DNA of 64,000 nucleotides from Dendrobates tinctorius (taxonomy: Eukaryota). Positions 27,601-39,500 of the stretch are shown in pieces (positions within the stretch are counted from its first letter, which is position 1; each line of letters starts with the position of its first letter). The translations under genes were made by a program, and so were the position numbers. The stretch covers positions 18,476,001-18,540,000 of the forward strand of contig NW_027361685.1 of the NCBI RefSeq assembly GCF_039654945.1, given 5' to 3'. The notes under the pieces are model-generated. The model saw nothing but the letters and a program-made list of their open reading frames with translations. It had not been told where the DNA came from and made no database searches.

Positions 27601-30600
27601 TTTTTAGGGACCACCTCACATTTGAAGTGACTTTGGGGGGTAAATATGACATAAAATACCCAAAAGTGACACCATTCTAAAGACTGCACCCCTCAAGGTG
27701 CTCAAAACCACATTCAAGAAGATTATTAACCCTTCAGGTGCTTCACAGAAATGAATGGAATGTGCAAGAAAAAAATATTTACTTTTCTATAACAAAAATT
27801 TTCCTTTAAACCTAATTGTTTTTACTTTTGCCAGGGTAACAGGAGAAAATGGACGATACATTTTGTTTTGCAATTTCTCCTGAGCATACAGATACCTCAT
27901 TTGTGGGGGAAATCTACTGTTTGGGCGCACGGCAGGGCTCGGAAGGGAAGGAGCGCCATTTGACTTTTTGAATGTAAAATATGCTGGAATAATTAGCGGT
28001 TGCCATGTCGTGTTTGGAGAGCCCCTGTGTGCCTAACTAGTGGAAACCCCCAACAAGGTACACCAATTTGGAAACTAGACCTGCCAAGGAAATGTGTGGT
28101 GGGCACTTTGAACCCCCAAGTGCTTCGCAGAAGTTAATTACGTAGAGCCGTGAAAATAAAAAATAATTTTTCCACAAAAAATGATCTTTCCGCCCTCCAT
28201 TATTTTTCCAAAGGGTATCAGGAGAACTTGGAACCCAAAATTAGTTGTGTAATTTGTCCTGAGTATGCTGACAACCAATATGTGGGGGTAAACCACTGTT
28301 TGGGCGCATGGCAGGGCTTGGAAATGAAGGAGCGCCATATTGGAGAGCAGATTTTGCTGGAATTGTTTGTGGGTGACATGTCACATTGTCAGAGCCCCTG
28401 AGGTGCCAGAACAGCATAAGCCCCAAAAGTGACTGCATTTTACCAAATACTTCCCTGAATGAATTCTTCTAGTGGTGCAGTGAGCATACTGACACCACAG
28501 CTGTTCCATAGAAAATTATACCATTGGGCGAAGAAGAAGAAATAATTACATTTTTACCACTAAAATGTTGTTTTAACCCAAGATGTTACATAGGAAAATA
28601 GGTAGGTAGGTAAATGGTCACTACACCCAGAGATGAATTCCCAGAGGGGTGTCATTTCCAAAATGGGGTCACTTCAAGGGGGATTCTGCTGTTATGGCAC
28701 TTTGGAAAGCCGCTAAGTGCCAGAACAACAGAATCCTCCCTGAAGTGACCCCATTTTGGAAATGACACCCCAATGGGAATTCATCTACGGATATAGTGAC
28801 CATGTACACTACAAGGATGATTTCCAGAAACTCGTAGTGGAAGGTTTAGAGCAAAAATTGCCAAAATGTCATTGTAGTGCCCAATATATTGTGCCCAGCT
28901 TGTGTCTCTGGAGACCTCCCCCCACCTACCCCCGGAAATTGTTACATCAGCTCTACTCAGATGTGTCTGTCACTAAATAAACCAAATGCTTGAGTGTCAA
29001 AACAGTTCAAAAACGTGGTTCTGTGTGGAAGATTGTATAGCCGTCATGGAGGCATAAGGCTGGCAGTGATGGGCATTGTGGGTAATAATAGCGGGGATCA
29101 TGCCTCATTCCTCTCTAGGAACATACACGACATCTTCTCTGGGGGTTCTTTCTTGTTTCAGTTACTGGGATGAGTGCAATAAAATGTCGCTCAGTGAGTC
29201 TTCTCACATCTTCAGATTCTAAAGGATTGGCGGGGACAACATTGTCAAAAACAAGATTTTCAGTGACCTTTTCCTGATAATTGAGGAAAGTATCTGCATT
29301 TCCGGCTTTTTTGTATAACACAAAAGAATTATATGTGGCCACCTGAAACAAATACATGACTAACTTTTTATACCAGATATATGATTTTCTTGATACCTGG
29401 TATGGCTGTAGAACCTGATCTGCAAGGTCCACACCCCATATATTTGTTGTAGTCAATGACAGACACAGGTTTTGGAGTAGTGGATCCCTGTTGGTCTGCA
29501 GTGGCCCTTGTGGCATCTGTGTGGATCGAGCTCTGGATAAAAATATCTTTTTTATCCTTATACTTAAGGGCAAGCAGCTCTCCATTGTGTAAAGACCCTG
29601 ACTGCCCCTTTCGGTACTTTTTGCTGACCAATGATTGTGGAAACCTATGACGGTTTTTGCAAATGGTCCCATAAGCCCCTATGTTATTTTCAACCAGACT
29701 TTTAAATAGGGGTATGCTGGTGTAGTAGTTGTCAACATACAGATTGTAGCCTTTTTGTAAAAATGGAGATATCAGCTCCCAAACCATTTTTCCAGATGTC
29801 CCCAGATAAGTAGGACATTCTGGTGGGTTTAGTTGGCTGTCTTTCCCCTCATAAATGTGAAAAGCTGATGTGTATCTGGTTGAGCTCTCGCACATTTTAT
29901 AGAGCTTTATTCCGAACCTTGCCCTCTTAGAAGGAATAAATTGCTTGAGGTGCAGTCTTCCTTTGAATTTTACAAGGGACTCATCAATGGAAATGTTTTC
30001 TGTTGGGGTGTAGAGCTTTAAGAACTTTTCTGTCAAGTCTTCGATGATGGGTCTGATTTTGAATAGTCTGTCATGTTCAGGGGTATTTCTGGGCAGGCAT
30101 TGACTATTGTCGTTAAAATGCCAAAATCTCATGAGCATTTCATAACGGGTCCTAGGAAGAACGGCAGAAAACATAGGGGTGGCTTGAACAGGGCGGTTGG
30201 ACCAATAGGACAGAATGCTCTTTTTATAACAAGCCCCATAGCGAATGTAAGTTCTAAATTTGACCTAGCATAATAGGATCGTGGATTCTGGCTGATGAAT
30301 TGGGACGCATATAAATTTGTGTGTAGAACAAATAGAAATAGAAAACTCTGACATGACTGACGTGACGTTACTGATGTGACCAAATTATTGGGGAGACAAT
30401 TGAGAAAAGCCTAATTCTTGAGCCTAACCCTAATTTTAGCCAAACAGTAACCCTAACTTTAGCCCCAACACTAGCCCTAACTATAGCATTAACTCTAACC
30501 TGCCTTATCTGTTTTTTCGTTGACAGATGATGGACCTGAGTGGGGATTTGTTTTTTGGGAGATGAGAATTGGTATTATTTTCACCTACATAACATTGATT

Positions 30601-31598
30601 GGTTTCTTTTTATTTGATATTTGGGAGGCAGAATGAACAAACAGTTGAACACCACACACTACTGGTTCATCCAGCAAGGTTTTCTATTAGACTGGGAACT
30701 GTCATTGTCTTGGTAAATAATTAAAGTTTTTACATAGCTTGCCATTTTTATGGAGAGTTTAAGTAGAAACGTTCAAAAATATAAAACTCAAAGATATTTT
30801 ATTTAAAAAAATGTTTTTTTTATCTTAGCACATGACTGTACCAGGAGATCAGAGGGAATGCTGGCATTTTCAACTTTGAAATCTGATGATCTTGAAATAC
30901 TACAAGATACAACTGAAGTGATTGCTGTTACTCTAGATATATCATCATCCATTCACAGCAAAGATCTGTCATCTGATCCTGTGAAACAGGTCCCATCTTC
31001 TGATTCATTACTGACTACTAAGGAAAATCAAAGTCGCAAAAGAGGCATTAAAAAACAAGCTGCTCCTAAAGGAAAGAAGTCATTTTCATGTTCAGAATGT
31101 GGGAAATGTTTTAACAAGAAATCTCATTTTGTTGCACACCACAGAACGCACACAGGGGAGAAGCCATTTTCCTGTTCAGAATGTGGGAAATGTTTTAACT
31201 GGAAGCAACATTTGGTTAATCACTATACAACTCACACAGGGGAGAAGCCTTTTTCGTGTTCAGAATGTGGGAAATGTTTTAAACGGAAAGGGAATCTTGA
31301 TGAACACCAAAGATCCCACACAGGAGATAAGCCTTTTTCATGTTCAGAATGTGGGAAATGTTTTAATCTTAACTCAAATTTGGTTAGGCACCAAAGAACC
31401 CACACCGGAGAGAAGCCTTTTTCCTGTTCAGAATGTGGGAAATGTTTTAACCATAAAGGTAATCTTGATAAACACCATAGAACTCACACAGGGGAGAAGC
31501 CTTTTTCCTGTTCAGAATGTGGGAAATGTTTTATCAATAAATCAGAATTGGTTAGGCACCAAAGAACTCACACAGGGGAGAAGCCTTTTTCCTGTTAA
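24678..31598 (+). CDS. FAX/KRAB-like C2H2 zinc-finger gene, paralogue B (predicted 446 aa, 6 fingers; XlCOF/oocyte-ZF type)
   Basis: GT-AG exons 24678-24755, 24885-25064, 25148-25271 (KRAB-A-like), 25355-25452, 25651-25741, 30829-31598; total 1341 nt in frame. [17 protein letters not shown] and [14 protein letters not shown](G/R)E boxes as in Xenopus FAX-ZFPs; TGEKPF linkers. Confidence 0.92.
27115..27190 (+). pseudogene. Tc1 transposase 3'-end remnant, paralogous to 52540-52615
   Basis: GACAGTTACAGGAATCGTTTGAT...GGTTGTGCAACAAAATATTAA (GCATKY*); its TTAA is the piggyBac target. Confidence 0.75.
27191..30500 (-). mobile_element. piggyBac transposon in intron 5 of B, one terminus lost
   Basis: TTAA|CCCTTT terminus at 27187-27196, long repetitive subterminal region, transposase on the minus strand, CCCTAA-like tract at 30420-30500. 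Confidence 0.85.
29020..30330 (-). pseudogene. piggyBac (PGBD4-like) transposase pseudogene
   Basis: [55 protein letters not shown] (frameshift near 29435). Cys-rich C-terminus RRCRVCS interrupted by a stop at 29115. Confidence 0.93.
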
Positions 31599-31790
31599 TG
31601 TGGGATATGTTTTAACTGGAAAGCGCTTCTTGTTAGACATCAGAGCAGTCACACAGGGGAGAGGACTTTTTCTTAATGTGGGAAATATTTTACTTGGAAA
31701 TCAACTGTTAATAAACATCAGAGATGTCACATAGGGGAGAAGCCTTTTTTATGTTCATAATATTGGAATAGTTTTAACCAAAATTGAATA
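31599..31790 (+). pseudogene. Decayed C2H2 fingers behind the stop codon of B (further remnant at about 32600-32715)
   Basis: In frame after TAA: [21 protein letters not shown], then further finger-like units with stops. Confidence 0.85.
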
Positions 31791-31993
31791 TTCATAAATG
31801 GGTTGTCTCTTGTCATTCCTCATGTTTGCTGACAAAAGGATAAAACTAAACTTTATTAATTCCAAATGTAAATCTATACTCATAATTCACTCCCTGAAGG
31901 TTAGTCAGAAGGTGACTAATAGAAAAAACATGTACCCCACAGTTCAGTATATAGGGTGGGGTGACGTATACACACTCACTCTCCAAGCCTCTC

Positions 31994-32043
31994 ATTTCTA
32001 TGGGTTTCATCGTCCTCACCAAAGACGACTCATCAGGAGACTA
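31994..32043 (-). ncRNA. Degenerate minimal type I hammerhead ribozyme motif
   Basis: Minus strand GTCTC-CTGATGA-GTCGTC(TTTGGTGAG)GACGAT-GAAA-CCC-ATA-GAAAT: conserved core with a 6-bp stem II; stem III damaged. Confidence 0.55.
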
Positions 32044-32162
32044 TTTAATATTGACCTATATTCAAGCGAGACTATACAAAAAAAAACTAAAATCATAGTC
32101 CAAAAAACACGGTGTGTGTGTATATATACTTGTATATATATTTTTTTTTTTTCTCATTGCAT

Positions 32163-32565
32163 TCATTCCTCATGTTTGGCCTCATTAAAATAAAAACACT
32201 CATACTCCACTGGCATGCCGGCTCCACTTCAGCGGTGTTGAGACTCACTGTCCCGAGGCTTATGTGAGGTTCTCACATCACACGAGCCCTGCACCCAATC
32301 AGCGGCAGCTTCACTGTTCCTTCCTTCGGACGTATTGAACATGAACAGGAAGCCAGGGCTGCGGCTGCTCTCTGACGGCCTCATGACACTTGATTTGTCC
32401 GAAGGTGAGGACAGTGACATCAGCGCTGATTGGGCACAGGGCTCACATGACTTAAAAACCTCAAAAAAGCCCCAAGAACACAAGTGCCGACACCACTGAG
32501 TCGGTGCCAGCATGGGAGGTTTGTATAAGTGTTTTTATTTTAACAGGACCAAACATGAGGAATGA
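32163..32565. mobile_element. Palindromic MITE
   Basis: TCATTCCTCATGTTTGG...TTAAAATAAAAACACT mirrored by AGTGTTTTTATTTTAA...CCAAACATGAGGAATGA. Confidence 0.65.
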
Positions 32566-32760
32566 GAAGGGGTTGTCCAACTAGTTGTCAACCTTTTTAT
32601 CAAAAATCCCACACAGGGAAAAGTCATTATTATACCGAGAGTGCGAGAAATGAATTACAGGAAAATCGTATTTTGTTGATCATCAAAAATAGCTCAGACG
32701 GGGAGAACCTATATATATTATTCACAAATTGTACAAAAACATGATGCACGCGGCGTGCGT

Positions 32761-33519
32761 TCAAGGATGGAATATTATATGGGAGTTTTATAGGATAAAT
32801 TCAAGGTGAGAATATTATATGGGAGTTTTATAGGATAAATTCAAGGTGAGAATATTATATGGGAGTTTTATAGGATAAATTCAAGGTGAGAATATTATAT
32901 GGGAGTTTTATAGGATAAATTCAAGGTGAGAATATTATATGGGAGTTTTATAGGATAAATTCAAGGTGAGAATATTATATGGGAGTTTTATAGGATAAAT
33001 TCAAGGTGAGAATATTATATGGGAGTTTTATAGAATAAATTCAAGGTGAGAATATTATATGGGAGTTTTATAGAATAAATTCAAGGTGAGAATATTATAT
33101 GGGAGTTTTATAGGATAAATTCAAGGTGAGAATATTATATGGGAGTTTTATAGGATAAATTCAAGGTGAGAATATTATATGGGAGTTTTATAGGATAAAT
33201 TCAAGGTGAGAATATTATATGGGAGTTTTATAGAATAAATTCAAGGTGAGAATATTATATGGGAGTTTTTTAGGATAAATTCAAGGTGAGAATATTATAT
33301 GGGAGTTTTATAGGATAAATTCAAGGTGAGAATATTATATGGGAGTTTTATAGGATAAATTCAAGGTGAGAATATTATATGGGAGTTTTATAGAATAAAT
33401 TCAAGGTGAGAATATTATATGGGAGTTTTATAGGATAAATTCAAGGTGAGAATATTATATGGGAGCTTTATAGGATAAATTCAAGGTGAGAATATTATAT
33501 GGGAGTTTTATAGGATAAA
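32761..33519. repeat. 40-bp tandem repeat TCAAGGTGAGAATATTATATGGGAGTTTTATAGGATAAAT, 19 copies
   Basis: Exact 40-bp period, very few variants. Confidence 0.98.
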
Positions 33520-35110
33520 CCAAATACCAACAGAAAATAAATGACCCAAACAAACATTTATCAGTAAAAATAACTCATCTTTATTAGGTAAAGTATAAAA
33601 GAATTGCGCCATTTTCCAATACCTGTCGCATCTTCATTTTTTGTGATCTTGGGTTGGGTGAAGGCTTATTTTTTGTGTGCCGAGCTGATGATTTTAATGC
33701 TACCATTTTGTTGCAGATACGATCTTTTGATCGCCCGTTATTACATTTTAATGCAATGTTGCAGTGACCAAAAAACATAATTCTGGCATTTTTGCTTTTT
33801 CTCATTACGTCGTTTAGCGATCGATTTAATCTTTTTAAATATTCATAGATCAAGCAATTCTGAAAGCGGTGATACCAGATATGTGTATGTTTTATTTTGA
33901 ATGGGACGAAAGGGGGGTGATTTGAACTTTTATATTTTTTTTATATATTTTTACAAACATTTTTTTCTTCTTGGCATTGTGAAGACATACAGCATTGTAT
34001 CTTAATTAACCAGATGACTATTTTTTAGCAAACAAAGAATAATACAACTTTATATGTATGTTGGCTTTCAAATTTTAAGTGTTGATTTCTGGTTGGTCAA
34101 GAAAACAGACTTTTATTTGTGTAAGCCGGTAATATTGACTTTTATTGTGCGCTTATCCTTGATCACTAGTGATGTCTACTGATATGCTAATTATGCATTG
34201 TGTTATGGAGCCAGTTTGTTGATTTCTAAGGCAGAGAGGGAAAAACTATGCAAAAAGGTTAAATACTGAGTGAGGGACACTTGTTAAGTCTAAAAATAGT
34301 TTACATGCCTCTGTATAAAGAGACTGAGAGAGAGAGAGAAACAGCCAGAGAGATTCTGCCAAGACATCCATACATCCAAAAGACAAGCGACAGGACAGAA
34401 GCCACAACATCACAAGGGACACGGCTCTATCATTCTACAGGAAACAACCTAGGGGTTTCAAGCCTCGGTTGGAAGAATACTGATCTGCTCCATTGACCAT
34501 CACTGAACCATGGATACGTTTGGAGAAGCCAGGTTGTCATCCTCAGATCAACTCTCCTTGTATGGACTGTCACCTTCTTACGCTTGTCGTTACCTCCTCT
34601 CTGTGTATGCGCCATAGGTGAGGTAGTGACCCTGGAAGATCTGTAGTTACAGCTGCTATTATCCCGGTGAGTCAGTAGAAGGGTGAGACTCTGTAATGTG
34701 CACTCTGTTGGGTATTTTGCTGGGACTGTTCTATGTGTTATCCGCCTGTTTTTTGGCTCAATAAAGCATGGCCCACACTGTTTTACCCTCACCCTGTGTT
34801 GCTTGAGTAGCATTTTGCCCATGTTAAAAGGAGAGCGGGAGTTCAGTGGTACGATCCCTGGTCCATGCATTTTCGGCTAGTGGGCGGCGCTCATAGCATT
34901 CCGGCAGTGACAACCATAGACTTCTGCTGGAGGCCTCTGGTTGTCATGCCAACCCATTGGTGACCTGCGATCATGTGACGGGGTTACTGATGGGCGGGAT
35001 TTCTGGCGTGCCTGCTGACGTGCCAGAAAAGATGTGGGCTCAGCGCTGGAGCCGACATCAAAGGGAGAGAGTCCGACATCTGCATACATTTACGCCTGAT
35101 GTCAGAAAGG
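33520..35110. mobile_element. piggyBac-type MITE remnant with a nested LTR remnant (about 34200-34875); inverted paralogue at about 45848-46700
   Basis: Ends GAAAGGG-TTTAA (the paralogue has TTAA|CCCCTTTC at 45844). The nested part has AATAAAGCAT...CACACTGTTTTACCCTCAC, shared inverted with 46207-46690. Confidence 0.55.
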
Positions 35111-35559
35111 GTTTAAAGGGGATTGTTTTTACAGAGACAGGAGTGGTAATCAATCATGTATACATACAGATAATTACAGAAATACACAGCTTCTAATGGT
35201 AAATAGTGTAGAGTTACCACAAGAAAATATAATTTGTGTAAACCATGTGTAGATATAAAAATTCATGCAAATGTCAAATGTAGCTCCACCTAGTGGCCAT
35301 GTGCAAAAGTGCCATCATAGAGTAACATGTATCCTAAGAGAGTGTCACTATCAAGGCAGAGATGAGATTAAATGGAAGGTGCCGTGATTTTTGATAATTT
35401 ATTGTAAAAATGAAAATATGTAAAAAGATGTTTTCACCTAAACTTGATTCTGTTATGTTCATTCATTTTTTTACTGTTTTAGTGCAGCCACTGGGCGCTG
35501 CCAGTTTACCACTTTCTGTCTTCAAATATGGCAGTCCCTGGGTATAGGAGACAGCAGTC

Positions 35560-36225
35560 GGACGCCGCTGAAGGTTTTACAATGGCCCTCAGGCACGTAG
35601 TGGAACTCTCGCGGAAATTACCACGAGAATTCCGGATTCCATTCCGTGGGAATTTTGCAAGCGTAATTAGCTTGCAGAATGCTAGCGTTTTCCAAGCGAT
35701 CTGGAGCATTGCTTGGAGAACTGATTGACTGCGAGACGTCGCGATCCCGTGAGAACGGAGGCCATCACGGTCATTCTCGCAAAGGATTACTGGGACCGGG
35801 AGCGTGGAGAGAGGCGGGAAGGCTGCGCGGGACGCTGGAAGGTGAGAATAACAATATTTTTTATTTTAAATTCTATTTTTTACAGGGATATGGTACCCAG
35901 AGCCCGGAGGACAGTCTCCTCTCCTCCGGACCGTGGGTACCATCCGCAAATGTTCTGCTTACTTTTCCCATGGTGGGCACAGCCACATGCGGAAAGTAAG
36001 CAGAACAATGCAATCCTATGGGTGCAGGATCGCCGCGAATCCGCTAAATTAATGAGCATGCTGCGGTTTTTACCACGAAGCGATTCCGCTGCGGTAAAAA
36101 CCGCAGCATTAGCACAGCATTGCGGAATCCCATAGGAATGCATGGGATGCTTATTTTTCGCGGCAAAATCGCACGTTTAAAACCGCCAAGAAAACGTGAA
36201 AAAAACGCCACGTGTGAACTCAGCC
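35560..36225. mobile_element. Harbinger-type MITE
   Basis: Right end CACGTGTGAACTCAGCC|TAA; internal TGCGG/CCGCA dyads. Confidence 0.45.
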
Positions 36226-36509
36226 TAACCCCTGATGTGAACATCATTGTAAATCTGTGGTTAGACCTCAAAATATCAGTGCATGCAAGATGACCCAGGA
36301 AGCTCAAATCTCAATAGTAACCTGTTCCTCGCATGTTGCTTCCTCATTTATAAACATTAACGCACTCCCCCCGCAGTGACATCACTAGAATTAATTATAT
36401 GCAAACACATGTAGTGGATCAATAAATTGGAATATCAGAATATACACAACATTCCAAAATTTAAACATTGTTTCAACAAAACAATAAAACAAAGCCGAGC
36501 AGATGAGCG

Positions 36510-39500
36510 TTTTTTTTAATATAAATTTTTATTGAAACCTTTTCGGTAACAACAAAGGGTGGTAACATAGAAAGCATTATTCATGACGACCATGTATTAT
36601 ATTTACTACTGTCACAGTATTTATAGGCTGCAGGCCTAGATTAAGAATGTCTCTCTCTAGAAGTAGAAGAGATGACCTTGTAATACTTTGCTTCCCGTGT
36701 AACAGTGTTAACAGCACTAACAACAGTATCAAAAACAAACAACAAAAACAGAAAGGGATCGGGAAGGAAAGGGGGGAACCTCCCCCAAGCCGCCTCACTC
36801 AGCCAACCCAGTGGCATATCTCACCTCCCCTCCAACCAGTATCAACCTCACACCAGTACTCTCCTTCAAAAAAAAATTTACATTTTTCCTTTAAAAAACA
36901 CCTAACGCAGTGTAGAAAGGCACATACACCAAAAGATGCAAAAGCCATAAATGACCAAAACACCTGCCTGCCAAAACCCTACAGTAAGCCTAGTCTTACT
37001 CCTTCCTTGCTGTGGAGGTTGGCACCCTAAGAAACAATTGTTTGGCGCCCCCAATCAACGTGGACTGTCCCTCTCTGCCCTGATGTAACCCTATCAATAT
37101 AGGTGGGAAAACAATATAGTGAAGGAAAGAAATGAAAAGGATAGGCCCTTGTAAAATGTGTAACATATCATAGGTTGCTCTATGGGTCTGGCAGAACAAG
37201 AGCAAAAATCAACAAAAATGAACTCAAGAACATGCAAAAATCTGCCCGCATGGTCACCTTGTTTAGTAAGGTCGGGTGGGTCATTTTTGGCGTGATAGGT
37301 TCACTATATAGTTCTCCATAGCATGCTCCCAAAACTTTATCGCCTGGGCGTTAGATTGAATTAATCACGAGGGGTCCTTGAGCTGGTAAATCCCCTGTTG
37401 GGGTCTGATACCCCTGGCCAGATTAGCCAGGATTCTGCCGGCTTTGTTCCCATATCTATAAAAATATATGTCCCTTTGGGTCAAAAACCGCTTTTCTCTC
37501 CTTTCTGCTTGAAGATTTGGGCTGTGTGCACACGCTGCAGATTTTGCTGCGGTGTACAGTACCATGATACCCTATGGGAATCAAAAACCGCAGTGTAGAC
37601 TGAGCTCCTCTGTTAACTCCCCGTACCTCTGTAATGTACGCTTTTTCAAGGTGCACATGTAGGTGACATAATTTTCCCTCTGAGTACAGCCTTCGCTCTC
37701 TCCCACAGGAGTGAAGGCTCATTTTGATGTAGCTCCTTGTCGGTTAAAAATTCCTGCCACCACATCCTGAGGGAGAAGGTAAAGGAGTCATCTGCGTACA
37801 AAAAGTTAGGGAATCTCTAGAGGAAATCAGTACCCTTCTGATAGGTCTCCCTCAGGTCTAACAGCATAGGGGAGTGGTCCAAGAGGATCAAATCTCCAAT
37901 TGTTGCATCTATTAGTTTGGGAATCAGGGGGAGGGAAGTCAGGAAGTAATCAATCCGGGATCATGAGTTTTTAGCGTGAGAAAAGAATGTGTATTCCGTG
38001 CCATCAGGATGTAAGAATCTAAAAGCATCTTTTACAGAACACTGTGCCAAGAGTGGAGCCATTACCCTGCCTCTTGAAGACTCAGAGCTACTGGATGGAG
38101 TCTCATGTTTTCTATCTTCCAAGGTAGATATCACCGAATTGAAATCACCCCCTACTATTTTGTTAAGATTCTGGTCTGCATTAATTGTATTCTCCAAATA
38201 TTTAAAGAAAGGCTTATTGCTCTCATTTGGGCCATACACATAAAAATGGAGACGTCACCTAGTTGCGTCGACAAAGTTTAGTGCGATAGTCTTCCCTCTT
38301 CATCAGTCTGGTGAGAGATCAGGTGGTGGGTAAAGTGTTTGCTAATATGAGTCAGCGCACCAGCCCTGCAGCGATGGAGACCCATATACACTCCCCACCC
38401 AGAACCTTCGCATTGTGATAGTCAGCCTCACGCAAATGAGTCTCCTGAAGGAGAGTTACATCAGGTTTAAGTCATTTTAGATGTCTAAGGACCATCATTC
38501 ATTTTTGTGGGGAGCGCAGGCCTTTAACATCCCAGCAAATTATTCTCATGTTAAATGTATAATATGTAGGTCTGTGAATTAAGCTTGTATCTTAAACAGA
38601 TTGAGGCAGGTGGGGTAGAGGCAGGAGAAGGGGAAAGACAGTGGGGAAAAAACGAACATCAGAGTGAAATTCAATAGGAAACAACATTAGCTGCAGTGGA
38701 AAAGACACTAAACAAGGAATTACAGCAAACTGTTCTGGGAGATAAGATCGCAGTCTCACCACAAACATTTCATCCAAGCGGCGACGATGAATAAAATAGC
38801 ATTCACCAACTGGAGAAATGGAAAACATTTAACAAATGGACTACACTTCTACCCGACCCTGTGAGACAAGGGTCCCTCTAACCCTCCGTCATATCAAAAT
38901 AGGCTTAACTAGAATCAAAAGATCCACATCAGTCAGGGATGAATCATCCATTTTCACGGGGTCTCACTTCCTCTATTGTCCTCAGAATTCCGCGGTGACT
39001 GTCGAGCTTCAGAGTTTCTCAGGGAGTGGTTGTTCTTGGGGAGGTTTTTTGATTTGAACAGCTCTCTAGTAAAAGCTTCTGCTTTGTCAGGGCAGACAAA
39101 AGTGTGAGATATCCCCGAGCTCTCTCTAACCAACAAGGTTGCAGACTATTCAAGTTGAAATCGGATGCCTTCCTGGTACAATTTCATACAGATAGGGCTA
39201 AAAGCCTTGCGCCTCCTTATAACATCAGCTGAGAAATCATCAAAGATGAGACTTTTGTGGCCACAGATCTTCAAAGGTTGGTTGCATCTCTGGTATGCTT
39301 GCAATATATCAATTTTGTCATTGTAATCCAAAAAGCGCATGATCGTCTGGCGTGGGCACTTCAGGGCCCTTCCCTCAGATGTAGTCGAGGGTGCCATAGG
39401 CCCTACTCTGTGGGCCCTCCACTTTTCGTCCCGTGGAAAGATGCAAGGCCTTGGGAAGATCAATTTCACAGATTGGCTTTAGATCCTTAGGTAGAAAAGA

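Noticed and set aside
29020-30330. Domesticated PGBD4 or a KRAB-piggyBac fusion with ZNF B
   Set aside because: The transposase is antisense to B, frameshifted and contains stops.
31099-31734. Overlapping alternative-frame ORFs (also 47628-48347) with QNVGNVL repeats
   Set aside because: Familiar shadow frame of C2H2 arrays.
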